Part shown: positions 12,874-25,730 of the stretch, piece after piece | Layout of the letters: each line of letters opens with the position of its first letter | How positions within the stretch are numbered: the stretch's first letter is position 1 | From: Felis catus | Taxonomy: Eukaryota | Length of the DNA: 64,000 bases | Assembly (NCBI RefSeq): GCF_018350175.1 | Contig: NC_058368.1 | Coordinates: 227,108,001 to 227,172,000, forward strand | Reading direction: 5' to 3' | The notes under the pieces: generated by a model | Database searches by the model: none | The model's input: the letters and a program-made list of their open reading frames with translations, nothing else | Told to the model about the DNA's origin: nothing | Made by a program: the position numbers and the translations under genes

Positions 12874-13725
12874 AAGAATTAGTAAGGGGTAAAAAACACA
12901 ATCCACATTCAAACGGTATTAAATATACTCCACACTTTGGATTTCGATGAGTTAAACTTTTATACTAACTGCCTTCACCGCCTTCACCAAGGCCTTCCAT
13001 GTCTGTCCCCAGGCACATCACCTCTCCTCCTCCAACTCACCCCTAGCTACAACTGTCCTCCTTCTGATTCCTCCAACAGCAGGCATGCTTTCAGCTCAGG
13101 GTCTTTGCTCTGGGGAAATAGAACTTTCCCCAGTATAATTTGTGGCCAAAAAAAGATGCACCTACAATGGTCATATAGTTGAAAAGTGGTTATTCATGCT
13201 AGGGAGCTGATTTGCAAACCTGATCTAGAAAGGGACAAATCCAAAATACTGTCCAAGACCAAATGGTAGACTTCACAGGGGAGTCACAAGCCATATTACA
13301 TGGCCCTAAAACTGAAGCTCTGGAGACGGATGAAATGAGTGTGTGCTTGGTTACCTTGGAGAAAACAGAACTACTCCCTAATAATTCTCTCAATATATGG
13401 AAAAAAATGTTTTAAGGGAACTACAAAAGCCGAGACTCATTTGTTTTCTATCTTCATCCCATCCGACTCTAACAAGGATATAAAGCCAAACCACTAACTT
13501 ACAACAGGATGAATTTTGGTGAAGTGTGAAAAAACTTTGGAGGATTATTCATGAATAAAAATCAGAAACAATGAGAAGCCTCAGCTCTGCTAATGCACCA
13601 TGCTTGGTGACACGAACTGAAATCAGATGGCATCGTCCTAAGAACGCACGTTTTTCTGGAAGCCACATTTCAGCTTCACGCGATCTCCTCTCGGAAAGCT
13701 CCCCACCCCTCACCTCCTGAAGAAG

Positions 13726-14051
13726 GTTACTTTGGACTGAATGTGTGTGTCCCTCCAGAATTCATACGTTGAAACAATCGCCAGTGCAAAGGTACTTGGA
13801 GGTAATCATGTCACAAGGACAGAATCATCATGAATGGGATTAGTGTGCTTATAACAAGACGTGAGAAAGATGACTTCTTTTCCCACCATGTGAGAACACA
13901 GCAAGACAGTGGCCATCTGTAACCAGAAAGAGAGGCTTCTCAGGCGTCAAACTGACTGGCGCCTTGATCTTGGACGTTCTAGCTTCTAAAACTGTGAGAA
14001 ATAAATGTTAAGCCACTCGGTCTGTGATGTTTTGTCTGAAAATACTGAGAC
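13726..14051 (+). mobile_element. MaLR LTR (MLT1A-like)
   Basis: ggactgaatgtgtgtgtccctccagaattcatacgttgaa...ccttgatcttggac...aactgtgagaaataaatg. Confidence 0.85.
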
Positions 14052-14239
14052 GGAAGCTATAGCCAGTATCACTTCAGTGCTGAAAGGAGAGTCCCAGCTC
14101 CTCCCTCAAAAGGATGTCGCCTTAGCACAGAAGAAACTGTACCTCTCATCTGATCTATGTTTACAAACCAGGTTTTTGGGGGGGAAAGACAGAGGTATAG
14201 CGGACACAAGGTCTAGGCATTCTTTAAAACCTCCTTACT

Positions 14240-14502
14240 GGGGCGCCTGGGTGGCGCAGTCGGTTAAGCGTCCGACTTCAGCCAGGTCACGATCTCGCGG
14301 TCCGTGGGTTCGAGCCCCGCGTCGGGCTCTGGGCTGATGGCTCGGAGCCTGGAGCCTGTTTCCGATTCTGTGTCTCCCTCTCTCTCTGCCCCTCCCCCGT
14401 TCATGCTCTGTCTCTCTCTGTCCCAAAAATAAATAAACGTTGAAAAAAAAATTTTTTTTAAATAAAAAAAAAAATTTAAAAATAAATAAATAAATAAATA
14501 AA
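14240..14502 (+). mobile_element. Young felid-type CanSINE
   Basis: Near-consensus, CpG-rich body; compound A/T-(TAAA)n tail; no TSD visible. Confidence 0.97.
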
Positions 14503-14574
14503 TTCACTTGTTACGTGCTTCCTCTGAGGCTTTTCTCCTCCAATAGCTTGGCCAGATAGAAACATAATTAATTT

Positions 14575-14782
14575 TTTTTTCAACGTTTATTTATTTTTGG
14601 GACAGAGAGAGACAGAGCACGAACGGGGGAAAGGCAGAGGGAGAGGGAGACACAGAATCGGAAACAGGCTCCAGGCTCCGAGCCATCAGCCCAGAGCCCG
14701 ACGCGGGGCTCGAACTCCCGACCGCGAGATCGTGACCTGGCTGAAGTCGGACGCTTAACCGACTGCGCCACCCAGGCGCCCC
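14575..14782 (-). mobile_element. Young felid-type CanSINE
   Basis: Reverse-complement young SINE; perfect TSD gaaacataattaattt (14559-14574, 14783-14798). Confidence 0.97.
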
Positions 14783-14928
14783 GAAACATAATTAATTTCA
14801 AAAGACCCAATGAGCCGTGTGATAGAGCAACGATTACAAGTAATACCAAGATTTTTCCAGCAACTATCTCAAACAGAGGTGGAAAATTATGTCGATTTGG
14901 TTGACTTCAATACAAAGATATAAAAGTA

Positions 14929-15090
14929 CAGCTGACCCTTGAACCACAATGGTTTTGAACTGTGTGAGTTCACTAATATGCAGATTATTTTTGATATATA
15001 CAGTACTATAAATGTCTTTTCCTTATGATTTTCCTTTTTTTATTTATTTATTTATTTATTTTGAGAGAGAGAGAGAGAACTCAGGGGTGG

Positions 15091-15132
<42 letters not shown>

Positions 15133-15489
15133 CAAACAGGCTCTGCTCTATCAGTGCAGAGACTGACTCAGGGCTCAAACTCACAAACCGTGAGGTCCTG
15201 ACCTGAGTCGAAATCAAGAGTTAGACGCTTAAGCACTCAGTTAAGCTTAACCAGTCGCCCCTTCCTTACGACTTTCTTATAACATTTTCTTTTCCCTAGC
15301 TTTGTTTTATTGTAAGAATGCGGTATGTAACACGTGACACACAAAATATGTGTTAATCAACTATTTATATCATCAGTAGGCTATTAGCAGTTTAAATCGG
15401 GGGGGGGAGGACGTCAAAAATTACACACAGATTTTTGACTGGCAAGGGAATTGGTATCCTTAACCTCTGTGCTGCTCAAGGGTCGATTG
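14929..15489 (+). mobile_element. Tigger2-derived MITE (Tigger2a-like), interrupted by a SINE
   Basis: TIRs cagctgacccttgaac...gctcaagggtcgattg, flanked by TA on both sides. Confidence 0.85.
15035..15261 (-). mobile_element. CanSINE inside Tigger2 MITE
   Basis: T-rich tail, (GA)n, reverse head; TSD ttcctta(t/c)ga(t/c)tttc. Confidence 0.9.
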
Positions 15490-15589
15490 TAATCCCAGGT
15501 CTACTCTTCTCTGGTTATTTATTTACATGGCAGCAACTGAAGTATTCAGCAGTAAAAACCATGGTTCAGTAAATTATGGTAAAAATAAT

Positions 15590-15706
15590 TATCATAGTAA
15601 CTAACAACTTTTGAGAGCTTATTTTGTGAGAGGCACTGTGCTGTGCAGTTTAGATGTATTATCTTGGTTGATCTTCATAGTAATCCCTATTTCACATATG
15701 ATAAAT

Positions 15707-15745
<39 letters not shown>

Positions 15746-15850
15746 CAACCTCTTAACAAAGAGGTAAAGTAACTTACTTGAGACCACAGAAGTCTGGATT
15801 TAAACTCAGGACTCAGCATCCTTGTTTTTAAGTGCTACAGCATGCTGCCC
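15590..15850 (-). mobile_element. MIR, containing a (TA)n microsatellite
   Basis: gagagcttattttgtgagaggcactgtgct...gaggtaaagtaacttacttgagaccacag. Confidence 0.65.
15711..15743. repeat. (AT)16 microsatellite
   Basis: Direct reading. Confidence 0.95.
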
Positions 15851-16239
15851 AAGGTCAGTTAAGATCCCTTCTCAAAAGGGTATTTATAGTTTCTAGGAGA
15901 GTCAGATGCGCAAACCAAAAGAACTACAGCACCTTGTACTAAATACAGTTATAGGATTACAGTATCTAGAAAAACTTCGCAAAGTGATTCCTGCACCAAA
16001 TCTTAAGGATCGCATTATAGACCAGAAAGGAAAGAGTCAATGGACGCATACCCAAGAGAGAAAAAGTGTGTGCAAAAAGGGGTTGGAGGCAGGAGACAAC
16101 TTAGCAGGTAAGAGAAGTGGCAAGCGGCACTCACCAGAACATTCCACAGGGGCATGACTGGGGGTAAGGTTGAAGACTGAGCCCTAATGACAGGAGCCCT
16201 GCCCACTGGCCAACAGACTTGGGTAATCCACGGGTAGAC

Positions 16240-16600
16240 CTGAAAGAAATGTCCATTTTAGAAAGAAACGTTTGAGTGTTGGTAGAATGGCTCAGAAGGA
16301 GAAAAGTAGAGACGCAGAGTCACGGAGGAAGTTGTGGCCTAGCCCAGGCAAGAGGTGACAAAGTCTCAAATAAAGACAAGGGAATTAACAGGCGATGTTA
16401 AGGTCAGAGGGCATTTAGGAAGTAGAATCAGTCAGACATGATGAATGAGGGTGCGTATGAGGAAGTGTCTTAACCGACTTCCAAATGTTGGCCTCAGGTG
16501 ACTAGGTAGTATCACCTGGCTCAAGAGTGAAACCTCAAGAATGAATCTGAAGGCAAGTTGTTGAGTTTCAATTCAGGTAGAACACTCGGGAATAGATGCT
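16240..16600 (-). mobile_element. L2 fragment
   Basis: cattttagaaag...ccaggcaagaggtga...ggaagtagaatcag, L2 ORF2 3' region in reverse. Confidence 0.55.
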
Positions 16601-16684
16601 AAGGAGGACCATTAGTACGCTTTGGGGGGACATAGCCAAGAGTGTACAAACACACCTTGCCTGAGGAAATGAAGTTGAAGTACA

Positions 16685-16863
16685 GCTAAAAACCCTAAAC
16701 ATTACATCTAAAACAAATATAAGAAGATTCTGAAATGTGGGGTGCCTGGATGGCTTAGTCGGTGAAGCATCAGACTCTTGATTTTGGCTTGGGTCATGAT
16801 ATCACAGTTCATGAGTTCAAACCCCACTTCAGACACTGTGCTGACAGCTCAGAGCCTGCTTCG

Positions 16864-16898
<35 letters not shown>

Positions 16899-17650
16899 TC
16901 CCTCTCTCTCAAAAATAAACATTATTTAAAAAAAAAAAGAAAGAAAGAAAAAGAAGACTCTAAAAGGTGGAGACGAGAAAGGCAAACTGACCAGGGTCCT
17001 TGGGACTTGAGGACAACACTTCAGTGAGTCCCCTGGGTTTTCTTTTTGCCTCACATATCCCAGAGAGGGTATCAGAGAGACCAACTCAAAAACGACAACA
17101 GGTACAGACCACAAAACCCCCCCGAAAAGTTTACTCCCTCTATTTGAAGGACTGGGACAGAGACAACCTAGAAAGATAGAAAAAGCTTAGACAGGAGCCA
17201 CTCTACACCAGACAAACACCACAGAAAAAATATGGCCCCTGCTCTCTTCCATCGGCCAAGGCTATGTGAGAGCCCAGACTTCCACTGTCACCCATTCCCA
17301 AGACGTCAAACGTATAAAGATGAGGAACAGATTAGTGGTCACCAGGGGTTACAAATGGTGTGGGAGAGAGAGGTGATTACAAAAGGGTAGCCTGAAAGCC
17401 ACTTTTGGGGTGATGCAATCATTCTATATCTTTATTGCAGTGGTGGTTATACGAATCAATACAGGTGATAAAATGGCAAAGAACTATACACACATATTGC
17501 ACCAGTGTCATTTTGCTGGCTTTGATATTGCCCTGTAGTTATGTAAGAAGTAACCATTGGGACATACTGGATGGAGGGTACCCAGAATCTCTGTGCTACC
17601 TTTCCAAGTTCCTGAGAATCTACAATTATTTCTAAATAAGAAGTTTTAAG
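16685..17650 (+). mobile_element. Old L1 (L1MC-like): putative 5' segment joined to 3'UTR
   Basis: 17305-17650 is a clear L1MC-type 3'UTR (gaacagattagtggtcaccagggg...ctacaattatttctaaataagaagt); 16685-17300 resembles a recalled L1MC 5' end. Confidence 0.65.
16739..16950 (+). mobile_element. CanSINE
   Basis: Head, (CT)n and tail; TSD aagaaga(t/c)tct(g/a)aaa. Confidence 0.93.
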
Positions 17651-18354
17651 TTTTCAGAGAAACACACACAGAAAACAAAAGTGTACATAGGAAAGGGTCA
17701 TCAGCTTATATTTGATATTAGTACTTCTTTCCCTTGTGATTTATTATACGGATGTCTAAGCTCATTAAAATTTATAGCACTTCAACAAACCAATAAACCA
17801 CATTCTGCAGATTCTACCCAGAAGGACCCAGATAGTTCTCATTTTCCACAACGTGCTTGGTTGCACACCCAGGTTGCACGTCTAGCCGCACTGTTTTCGA
17901 ATTCCGTTACCTTCCCAAGAGCCCCAGTCTCATCTGTGAAATGGGGCTAAGGATACATGGAACCTTCATGGTTGTATTTAAAGTCCTTTCTCAACACTGA
18001 ATTCCAAATGGGGGGTGGTTCCTTTAGCCTCTTTCCTCTCAGCTGTGGTACTTTGTGGGGAAAAAAGATACAGGATATCAACGACCAATGTTTGCATACA
18101 CTGTGCTAAAGAAAAATTATAGATGCGTCACAAATGAACAGCAATGCCTGTATATGCTCCAGACGTGTGATGCTTGTTGTATAAAATGATGAATATCACA
18201 TGGCAGGAGCCTCACTTATGCTATAGCAAAATGTCACACCGTTTGAGTGAATCGTATATTCCCGGTATATAAAAGTTCCCAGAGGCACCAGAAAGCTACT
18301 CTCCATGCCTTTACTTCTTTGATTCCATGAGCCACCGCACACCCAGCCTGGAAG

Positions 18355-18870
18355 GAGAGTCGACAGTTAGGAAGCTGTTTCGGTAGCATTGGCAAACAGT
18401 AGTGAACGAAAACACTAGCAATGAAAGACGACGGGGATACAAGAGATACGTTGGCGAGGAATTAAACATCAAGATTCATGATGAGAGAGAAAGAAGAATG
18501 AAATGGAGTTCTGGCCTGGGAGAAGTGGGTGTCATTCAAGCATATAAGAGAAACAGGAGGGAGAGTCAGGAGTGACCATACTAAGTCCATCCGGGGACAT
18601 ATTTAACTTCAAGGGTCTGTGGATATACCGATGTGGAGCTAGAAGAGACGCCTGTGGCGGAGGAGTCAATTTGGGGTTGGCGGCATGCGAGTCATTGCTC
18701 TAAACATGGGTGTGGCCTCCCAGGAAGGATACAAAGAGAGAAGAGATGAAGGTAAAGGCAGTGCCCTGAGAAAGGCTGGAACACATGGCGAGCGGGAGAG
18801 GTTGCTGGAAAGGCAACTCCAGAAGAGCAAGCAGAGAGGAAGGAAAGAGTGGGGAGAGAGTGGAAGCCAG
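18355..18870 (-). mobile_element. L2 fragment
   Basis: cagttaggaagctgtt...ttctggcctggg...tttggggttggcggcatg, L2-like in reverse. Confidence 0.5.
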
Positions 18871-18987
18871 TTGGGGAAAGAGAGACACACGGTTGGGTTG
18901 ACCCATGGACGGGACACATGGATGTCAGTGGTCATGGTGGGGTCGGGGCATGCAGCAGTCAGGTTGCAGTGGGCTTGTTAGCAGGAT

Positions 18988-19163
18988 CAGTGGGTCCCAG
19001 ACTGCGTCCCCAGCCATCAGTGTCACCCTGATGACAGAAACGCACATCCTCAGACCTTACCCCAAACCTACTGAACCAGAAGCTCTGGGGAGGAAGCCCA
19101 GGAATTCATGCATTGGCAAACCCTCTGGACGATCCTGGTGCCACCAAAGTTTGAGATGCACCG
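18988..19163 (+). mobile_element. MER5A-like hAT-Charlie MITE
   Basis: cagtgggtccc...cccaaacctactgaaccagaagctctgggg...aaagtttgagatgcaccg. Confidence 0.75.
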
Positions 19164-19252
19164 ATCTGGAGAAGGAGAAGGAATTGTCAGTGAGAGGAAG
19201 AAGGGGACGGTCAAGGGAGGATTTTTTTTGTTTTTCAAAATGGGAGATTTTA

Positions 19253-19481
19253 GGGATGCCTTGGTGAATCGGTCAGTTAAGCATCCGACTTCGGCTTAGG
19301 TCATGATCTCACAGCTCATGAGTTTGAGCCCCGCGTCGGGCTCTGTGCTGACAGCTCGGAGCCCGGAGCCTGCTTCAGATTCTATGTGTCTGTCTCTGTC
19401 TGTCCCTCCCCCACTCGTGCATGTTCTCTCTCTCTCTCTCTCTCTCAAAAATAAATAAACATTAAAAAACAATTTTTTAAT
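19253..19481 (+). mobile_element. CanSINE
   Basis: Full element; TSD atgggagatttta. Confidence 0.95.
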
Positions 19482-21689
19482 ATGGGAGATTTTAAACATG
19501 CTTCTATGCTATGAGGAAAAGAAGATTTTAAAAAAGAAGAGACTGGGTGTACAGGAAAAGAGAAGTATGAAAGCCAAGTCTTAGAAGCCCCAGCAAGTAG
19601 AAGCTGACTATCTTGAGATATAAAGACAGAGAAGACACCTAAGGATTCTATCCCAGTGCTGGAACCCACTGTCCAGTAGGCAAAGCAATAATGACAAGAT
19701 ACTTCTGTTATGACGTGTCTGCTTCTAATCCTTCAACCATTGCCTCCTCTAAGAATCTCGTTCAGTTGCCATGTGACTAATATCTTCAGGATTTAGAGTA
19801 TTTCAACGTGTGAACTTTAAAGCTACGGGAGGCCCCGTGCAGGTCAACAGGCCACCTAGACCAGGCCTCATGGTTGTAACATGCAACCTCACCCACCACG
19901 CTCAGGTATCCCGGATAAGGTATTTGCTCCCACACTGGACTTCTCCATGTCTGGGGCCGCGTGAGCTACTGGGCCCACGGTCATGACCCAAAGGGGTAAG
20001 GAGGAGCAGGATGTTCCTAGGCCACAGGCAAACGAGAAGGAGATGTCTGGGGATTTTTCCAGACAAAGTGAGCAGAAGATAGTCACCCAGTGGCTTCAAC
20101 AAACACAATATTCCACCTTCTGGGGTGATTCAAAATGTCAAATACAGACAAAATTTAAAGGGGGAAAAAAACAGGTTTGTCTGGTAGGAAAAAAAGGTGG
20201 GGGAGGCCGCTGGTTATGACAGCCACCATTGGCAATGTTTACTTTGTCTTACCTCTGGTCGAGCTGGTCTTGCGAAGACCTGGCTCACTCAGGCCAGAGA
20301 CAGCGGCCACACAAGCGTCTGTACAGGAGACCTACAGGGAGATTCAAAGATTTTTCACTTTCGTTCACCTCAATTTTTACTTTCTTTTTTAATAAAAACA
20401 TGGTGCTAAATCTCTGTAGTTATAACCCTAGGCTGACGGCCTTTAATAAGGAAGGCCAGACGCTGGAAAACCAAAAATAAATAGGACCGTGGACCAAATC
20501 ACATTCTCCTTTGAAGGTTGCTTTTGAAGGCCCAAGGGAACACCATTAACATCACAGGAAAAGTGGGCAATTAATTTCCTTTCTGGGGGCTTTTAGAAGG
20601 CCTACCCGAATTGACCGTGGAGAGTAACCTAACGCCGCGTCAAGACATTAATCCGGATCACCAATTAGTCTACTCAAAGTCCCGTCTGGTAGGAACGTCT
20701 GTTTGCGAGCAGCACGGAGGAGGTACAAGAGGTGAAAAAAGAGTCCCACCGATCCACACCGTGTCCCCTTCCGGCGGACACTGGCTTTCGTCTTTCCCAT
20801 CCCACTTCAGGGAAGGGAAAGTCACCTTGGGAACTGCAAGGTAAAGAAACAAAGAAACGTGGCCACGAAGCAACAAAGAGATACGAAAATGAACCTGGGA
20901 GCTGAGCCCTGAAACCAGCCGATGCAATCACTCTGCCAGAAACAGCCTCTAGGGTGAGAACCAAGGCGACGGAGAAAAGAAGATTCCCTCTTGTCGGCCT
21001 CTGTTTCTCGAAGGATGTGAAAATGCACTGAGAGGCCAGTAAATGTGTCCATAAACTAGAGAATAGGCAGAGCCAGAAACCAACTGGGTCTTATCTGTGA
21101 AGCAGAAGCAAATTTTAGGCAGCTGCTATGGTTCCTGCCATATACTTGAGGGTGGTGGAGAGGGGTCAGCATTTCAAATGCGGGCAAAGGCAGGAACATG
21201 GAGAACGCGGCAGAGTGACTTTGCACATTTTAGTTACTTTCTGGGAGACAGCTCAGGATAGAAGGGAAGCAGGGAAAACTCGCGCTCTGCACAAAAAGAT
21301 ACAATCCAGGGACAGGAACCTTCGTAATGAGAATCCAGCAGAAGTGACAGGCGCTCCTCCTACAAAAATGGGATATTGGGGGCCAAAGTGAAACAGGCTA
21401 ATCACTGGGCTACATGGTCTCTGGGCACCCGGGCTGAAATGGCATCCCTCACATCGGGGGGGGGGGTGGGGGGGACAAGGACTTCCTGGAAGGGTGACAG
21501 AAATGTAGCGGAAAGTGTTCAGGTCTCTCCCTTGGAGCACGCTGTGCCCACGCAATGTTATGACTGCAGCACAGGTTGAAGAACATGGGGTCATCTGTCC
21601 AAGCCGCTACTTCCTGTCCCTTTTTGCTCTGAAATCGTTCTGAATTAGAGCTTCTCTGACTTCAGTGCCATCACCACAGAGGAGAAAGC

Positions 21690-21893
21690 TTTTCTTTTTT
21701 TTTCTTTTTTTTTTTTAATGTTTATTTATTTTTGAGAGAGAGAGGAGCAGAGAGAGAGAGAAAGAGAATCCTAAGCAGGCTCCACACTGTCAGCACAGAG
21801 CCCGAAACGGGGCTTGAGCTCACAAACCACCAGATCATGACTTGAGCCAAAACCGAGTGGGGTGCTTAACACTCTGAGCCACGCAGGCACCCC
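21690..21893 (-). mobile_element. CanSINE
   Basis: Poly-T, (GA)n, reverse head ctgagccacgcaggcacccc. Confidence 0.92.
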
Positions 21894-22033
21894 CAAATGA
21901 GGATGTTTTGATTGCCAATTACGCTAGAGGCAGAAAAGAGTCACCCCCTTCAGACTTAGGACCAAATAGAGAAAGCCAGATTCACTCCACCTATACTTGA
22001 ATAGACCAAAAGAGTCTTCAGGAATGAATTTTA

Positions 22034-22226
22034 GGGGCTCCTGGGTGGCTCAGTCAGTTGAGCATCTGACTCTTGGTACCGGTCTCATAACCTCATAGTC
22101 TCGTAGGTTTGAGTCCCTCATCGGCTGGCACTGTGCAGCCTGCTTGGGATTCTCTCTCCTCTCTCTGCCCCTTCCCCACTTGCACTCTCTCTCTCTTCAG
22201 TAGATACATAAATGAATAAATAAAGT
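22034..22226 (+). mobile_element. CanSINE
   Basis: Head and CT region; TSD aatgaatttta. Confidence 0.92.
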
Positions 22227-22769
22227 AATGAATTTTAAAGTGCCAAAAGATAAATATGCATGTTTCAAGGTGCTCAAGACACAAATGATGTCCCAGAAAA
22301 TTAATATCTTACCAGAGGCAGACAAGTATGACCCCTGGTAATGGACAAGATGTACTTTATGTGTAAGTCAAGAACTTCTTTTCAAGTCAACGCCAATTAA
22401 TTTTTCATCTACAAAGGCGACTTTGGTGTGGTAGAAAGCATAGGATGCCTGTAGCTCTACATCATCTGTTTCCATCTTCTTGGGTCAGTCGGCTCCCTGC
22501 TGGCAATTCCTGCATTGGCCAGGTGCCTATTTTCTGCTTTCCCGAGTCCTTCACAGCTGCCTCTCACCACTCTGCTCTGAGCTGGGTGACACCTCTCCTC
22601 CCTTCTCCTCTTTGCCCGGGAGCAGCATCCCTCAGTTAGTTACATGCGTATTTGCACCAAAATAGCGAGGCCCCTGAATGGAATTCTAATCACATGCACC
22701 CTTAATAAGCCAACTAAGACCCTCTAAAATGGTGGTCACGAAAGTCAGTAATCCAGTAAAAAGGGGAAG

Positions 22770-23750
22770 AGCAAAGGAGGGAAGAATGCACAATGGGGAA
22801 AGGACAGCCTCTTCAATAAATCGTGTGGGGATCATGGGACAGTCACACGCCAAAGAAAGAACCTGGACCGTTATCTTAGCCATGTCCAAAAATGGCCGCA
22901 AAATAGACGAAAGATTTGAACGTGAAACCTGAAAGCACAAAGCTCCTAGAAGACCATAGGCAGGAGATCCCGGACGTAAGTCTCCGTGAATCACGTTTTG
23001 GATCTGACACCACCAGCCAAAGCAACAAAAGCAAAACTCAGCACATGTGACTACTTCAAACAAAAAAGCTTCTACACAGCAAAAGAAACCATCAAAAAGG
23101 AAAAAGCAATCGTCTGAATTGGAGAAAGTATTTGCAAATCATGTAACTGACATGGAATATATATATCTCCAACTAAAAAAATCAGCAGAAGATCTGAATA
23201 GACATTTTTCCAGAGAAGAATGCAGATGGCCAACAGGTACAAGCAAAGATGTTCAACATCATTAGTCGTTAGGGAAATGCAAATCAAAACCACAGTGACA
23301 GAGCACCTCATACCTGTTAAGAGTGGATACTATCAAAAAGAAAAGAAATAATGAGTGTCGGTGAGGATGTGGAAAAAAGGGAACACTTGAGTGCCGCTGG
23401 TGTAATATACACGGATAGAGCCACTATGGAAAAAAATGTATGGAGACTCCTCAAAAAAATCAAAAATAGAACTACCATATGATCCAGCTGTCCCACTTCT
23501 GGGTACTTATCCAAAGGAAACAAAAACACTCACTGGAAAAGATATACGAACCCCATGTCCATTGTAGCATTATTGACAATTAGCCAAGATATGGAATGAA
23601 CCTAAGCTCCCATCAGTGGATGAATGGATAGAAAAAATTGTGGCACATATATACAAAGGAGTATTACTGGGACACACAAGAAAAGAATGAAATCTTGCCA
23701 TTTGTGACACCCAGAGGGACCTCAAAGACATTACATAAGTGACATAAGTC
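22770..23750 (+). mobile_element. L1 ORF2 C-terminal region and start of 3'UTR (degenerate)
   Basis: caatggggaaaggacagcctcttcaataaat, gggaaatgcaaatcaaaaccac, tagaactaccatatgatccagc, aatgaaatcttgccatttg are L1 hallmarks. Confidence 0.9.
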
Positions 23751-25007
23751 TCTCAACAATAAATAAACATTAAATTTTTTTTTAATTTAAAATATAAGAG
23801 ACTGAATGTACAGACCACCAATAACCAGGCCACATACAAAGCTAGAACTCAGCCTCACAAGCTGCAGCAACCTGTCCACGAAACCTACCCCCTTACCTGC
23901 CATCACCAGCCTAGGAAACCAGGCAGGAGGTCAAAGTGGAAAACGGACCGGGCTTATTTTCAAAGCTTCTCAGAAACGATGTGTCCAGGCCTACCCACAT
24001 CCCACTCGCCCCACAGCCAACACCCAAACACCCAGCCTCGTTCCAGCCTCTACAGGCCACCCATGGACAAATGAACCCAGCCTCACAGTTTATATTTTCA
24101 ATTTCAAACGATGTTTTAAGAAAACACTTAAGTATCACTTTCCAAGAAAATGGTTGCAGGGGCTCAAACACTGTCATTTATATTTCATCCTCAATCAAGA
24201 TGAAAAGGGCTTAGGTAAAAATTTTCCTTTCCATGCAGCAGGTTCCAAACTCTGGACTTCACCACCCCAAGTTCAAAGGATCTACCCACCCTGGTCTACC
24301 CACACGACTGCCCTTGAACCCCCAGATGGCTCTCCCAGCAGGGCTTGGTCTTGTCCACTCGCTGAATATGTCCTGGGGACACCTGGCCCCTTCCCATGTA
24401 CACAAAATGTGGACTACACTACATTTTATCCAGGCAATAAATAATGTTGCAAAGTTGCCTGGTTTTTTTCCTTAAAATTCTCTCAGGGTAAGTTTATTGT
24501 GAACATAAAAATCAAAATATTAAAACTTTTCCTTCACCTCTTCATGCACTCTAATAGAATTTGGAGGTCTTGCGGGGAGGGGAGCCAATGTTTTTCCAGG
24601 GAAAATCACAGCATCTTAGCGTGTGTTTTGTAAGTTCGTGTCAACAGAACTTGGATTTTAAAGTTACATTTGATGGCATGCAGGCTATTCAAGAGACGAG
24701 AGAATCAAAAAGCTTTGAGTGGAAAAAGGAGAATTTCTATAATCTCATTTGACAAACTACACTTAACAAATAAATTGGATCATTATTCCCCTTTATATTT
24801 CACTTTTGTTGGGTTAAACAGAGTCCAGACCTAACTTCCAACTAATTTTCTTTCTTATAGTATGCATGTTACATTTATTCTTGTGGCATTCATTTCATAC
24901 ATTCTAGCATAATATATACTTAAAAGTATAAAATTACTGAACAAAGAAGCTATATGCCACAACACTACTCCAGCTTTAAAAAATTTGAAGCAACAATGCA
25001 AATTTCT

Positions 25008-25219
25008 TTTTTTTTTAATGTTTATTTATTTTGAGAGACAGCAAGTGAGAGCACGAGCAGGAGAAGGGCAGAGAGAGGGGGAAAGAGAGAATCCTAAACA
25101 GACTCCCCGCTATCAGCACAGAGCCCGACCCTGGGGCTTGATCTCCCGAACCACGAGATCATGACGTGAGCTTAAATCAAGAGTCAGACACTTAACCAAC
25201 TGAGCCATTCAGACACCCC
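25008..25219 (-). mobile_element. CanSINE
   Basis: Reverse element; TSD aaca(a/g)tg(c/a)aaatttct. Confidence 0.93.
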
Positions 25220-25730
25220 AACAGTGAAAATTTCTATGGAATAAATACTGATTGTCCAAGGGCATGTTTTACTTTCTTTGTTCTAAAAGGAAACATTACC
25301 TGTAAGTAAAGAATCCATACCGGCAGCAACTGAATCACTTTGGTATCTTTTGAATTAAACATCCTTCAGAACTAAACACAGTTTACAAATTCTCAAAGGC
25401 CTTTCCCTCCACTCCATTCTCCAGAAGAAAAGGCAAAGAGGCAAGGAGATAGATTCTCATTTTGTGTAGCTTTCATGAAAAATAAAAAAGGTCTATTTTA
25501 AAGTCTGGTGTCCTGAGCACTTCTCCCTTTCAAAGCATTAGGAATCATGAGAAGAGAATAGCATTATCTAGGATTTCTCTCTCACACCCCAGGAAGGCCT
25601 CCATTTAGGGGTTGGAGAGCAGACCATGAAGGCCAGTTCTCTCGGGGCTGATGATCCTTACATTGGATACGCTGAAAGGCACTTGCAGGTAATTCCTTTC
25701 AAACCAGAGGAAAGTGTTGCATGACCAAGG

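Noticed and set aside
12631..14849. Recurrent ORFs such as GQRETEHERGRGRERGRHRI (also near 42895 and 59100)
   Set aside because: Antisense translations of CanSINEs, not a gene family.
23806..24444. 212-aa ORF, the longest non-repeat ORF
   Set aside because: No recognisable domain or homology, no supporting splice or promoter context; compatible with chance.
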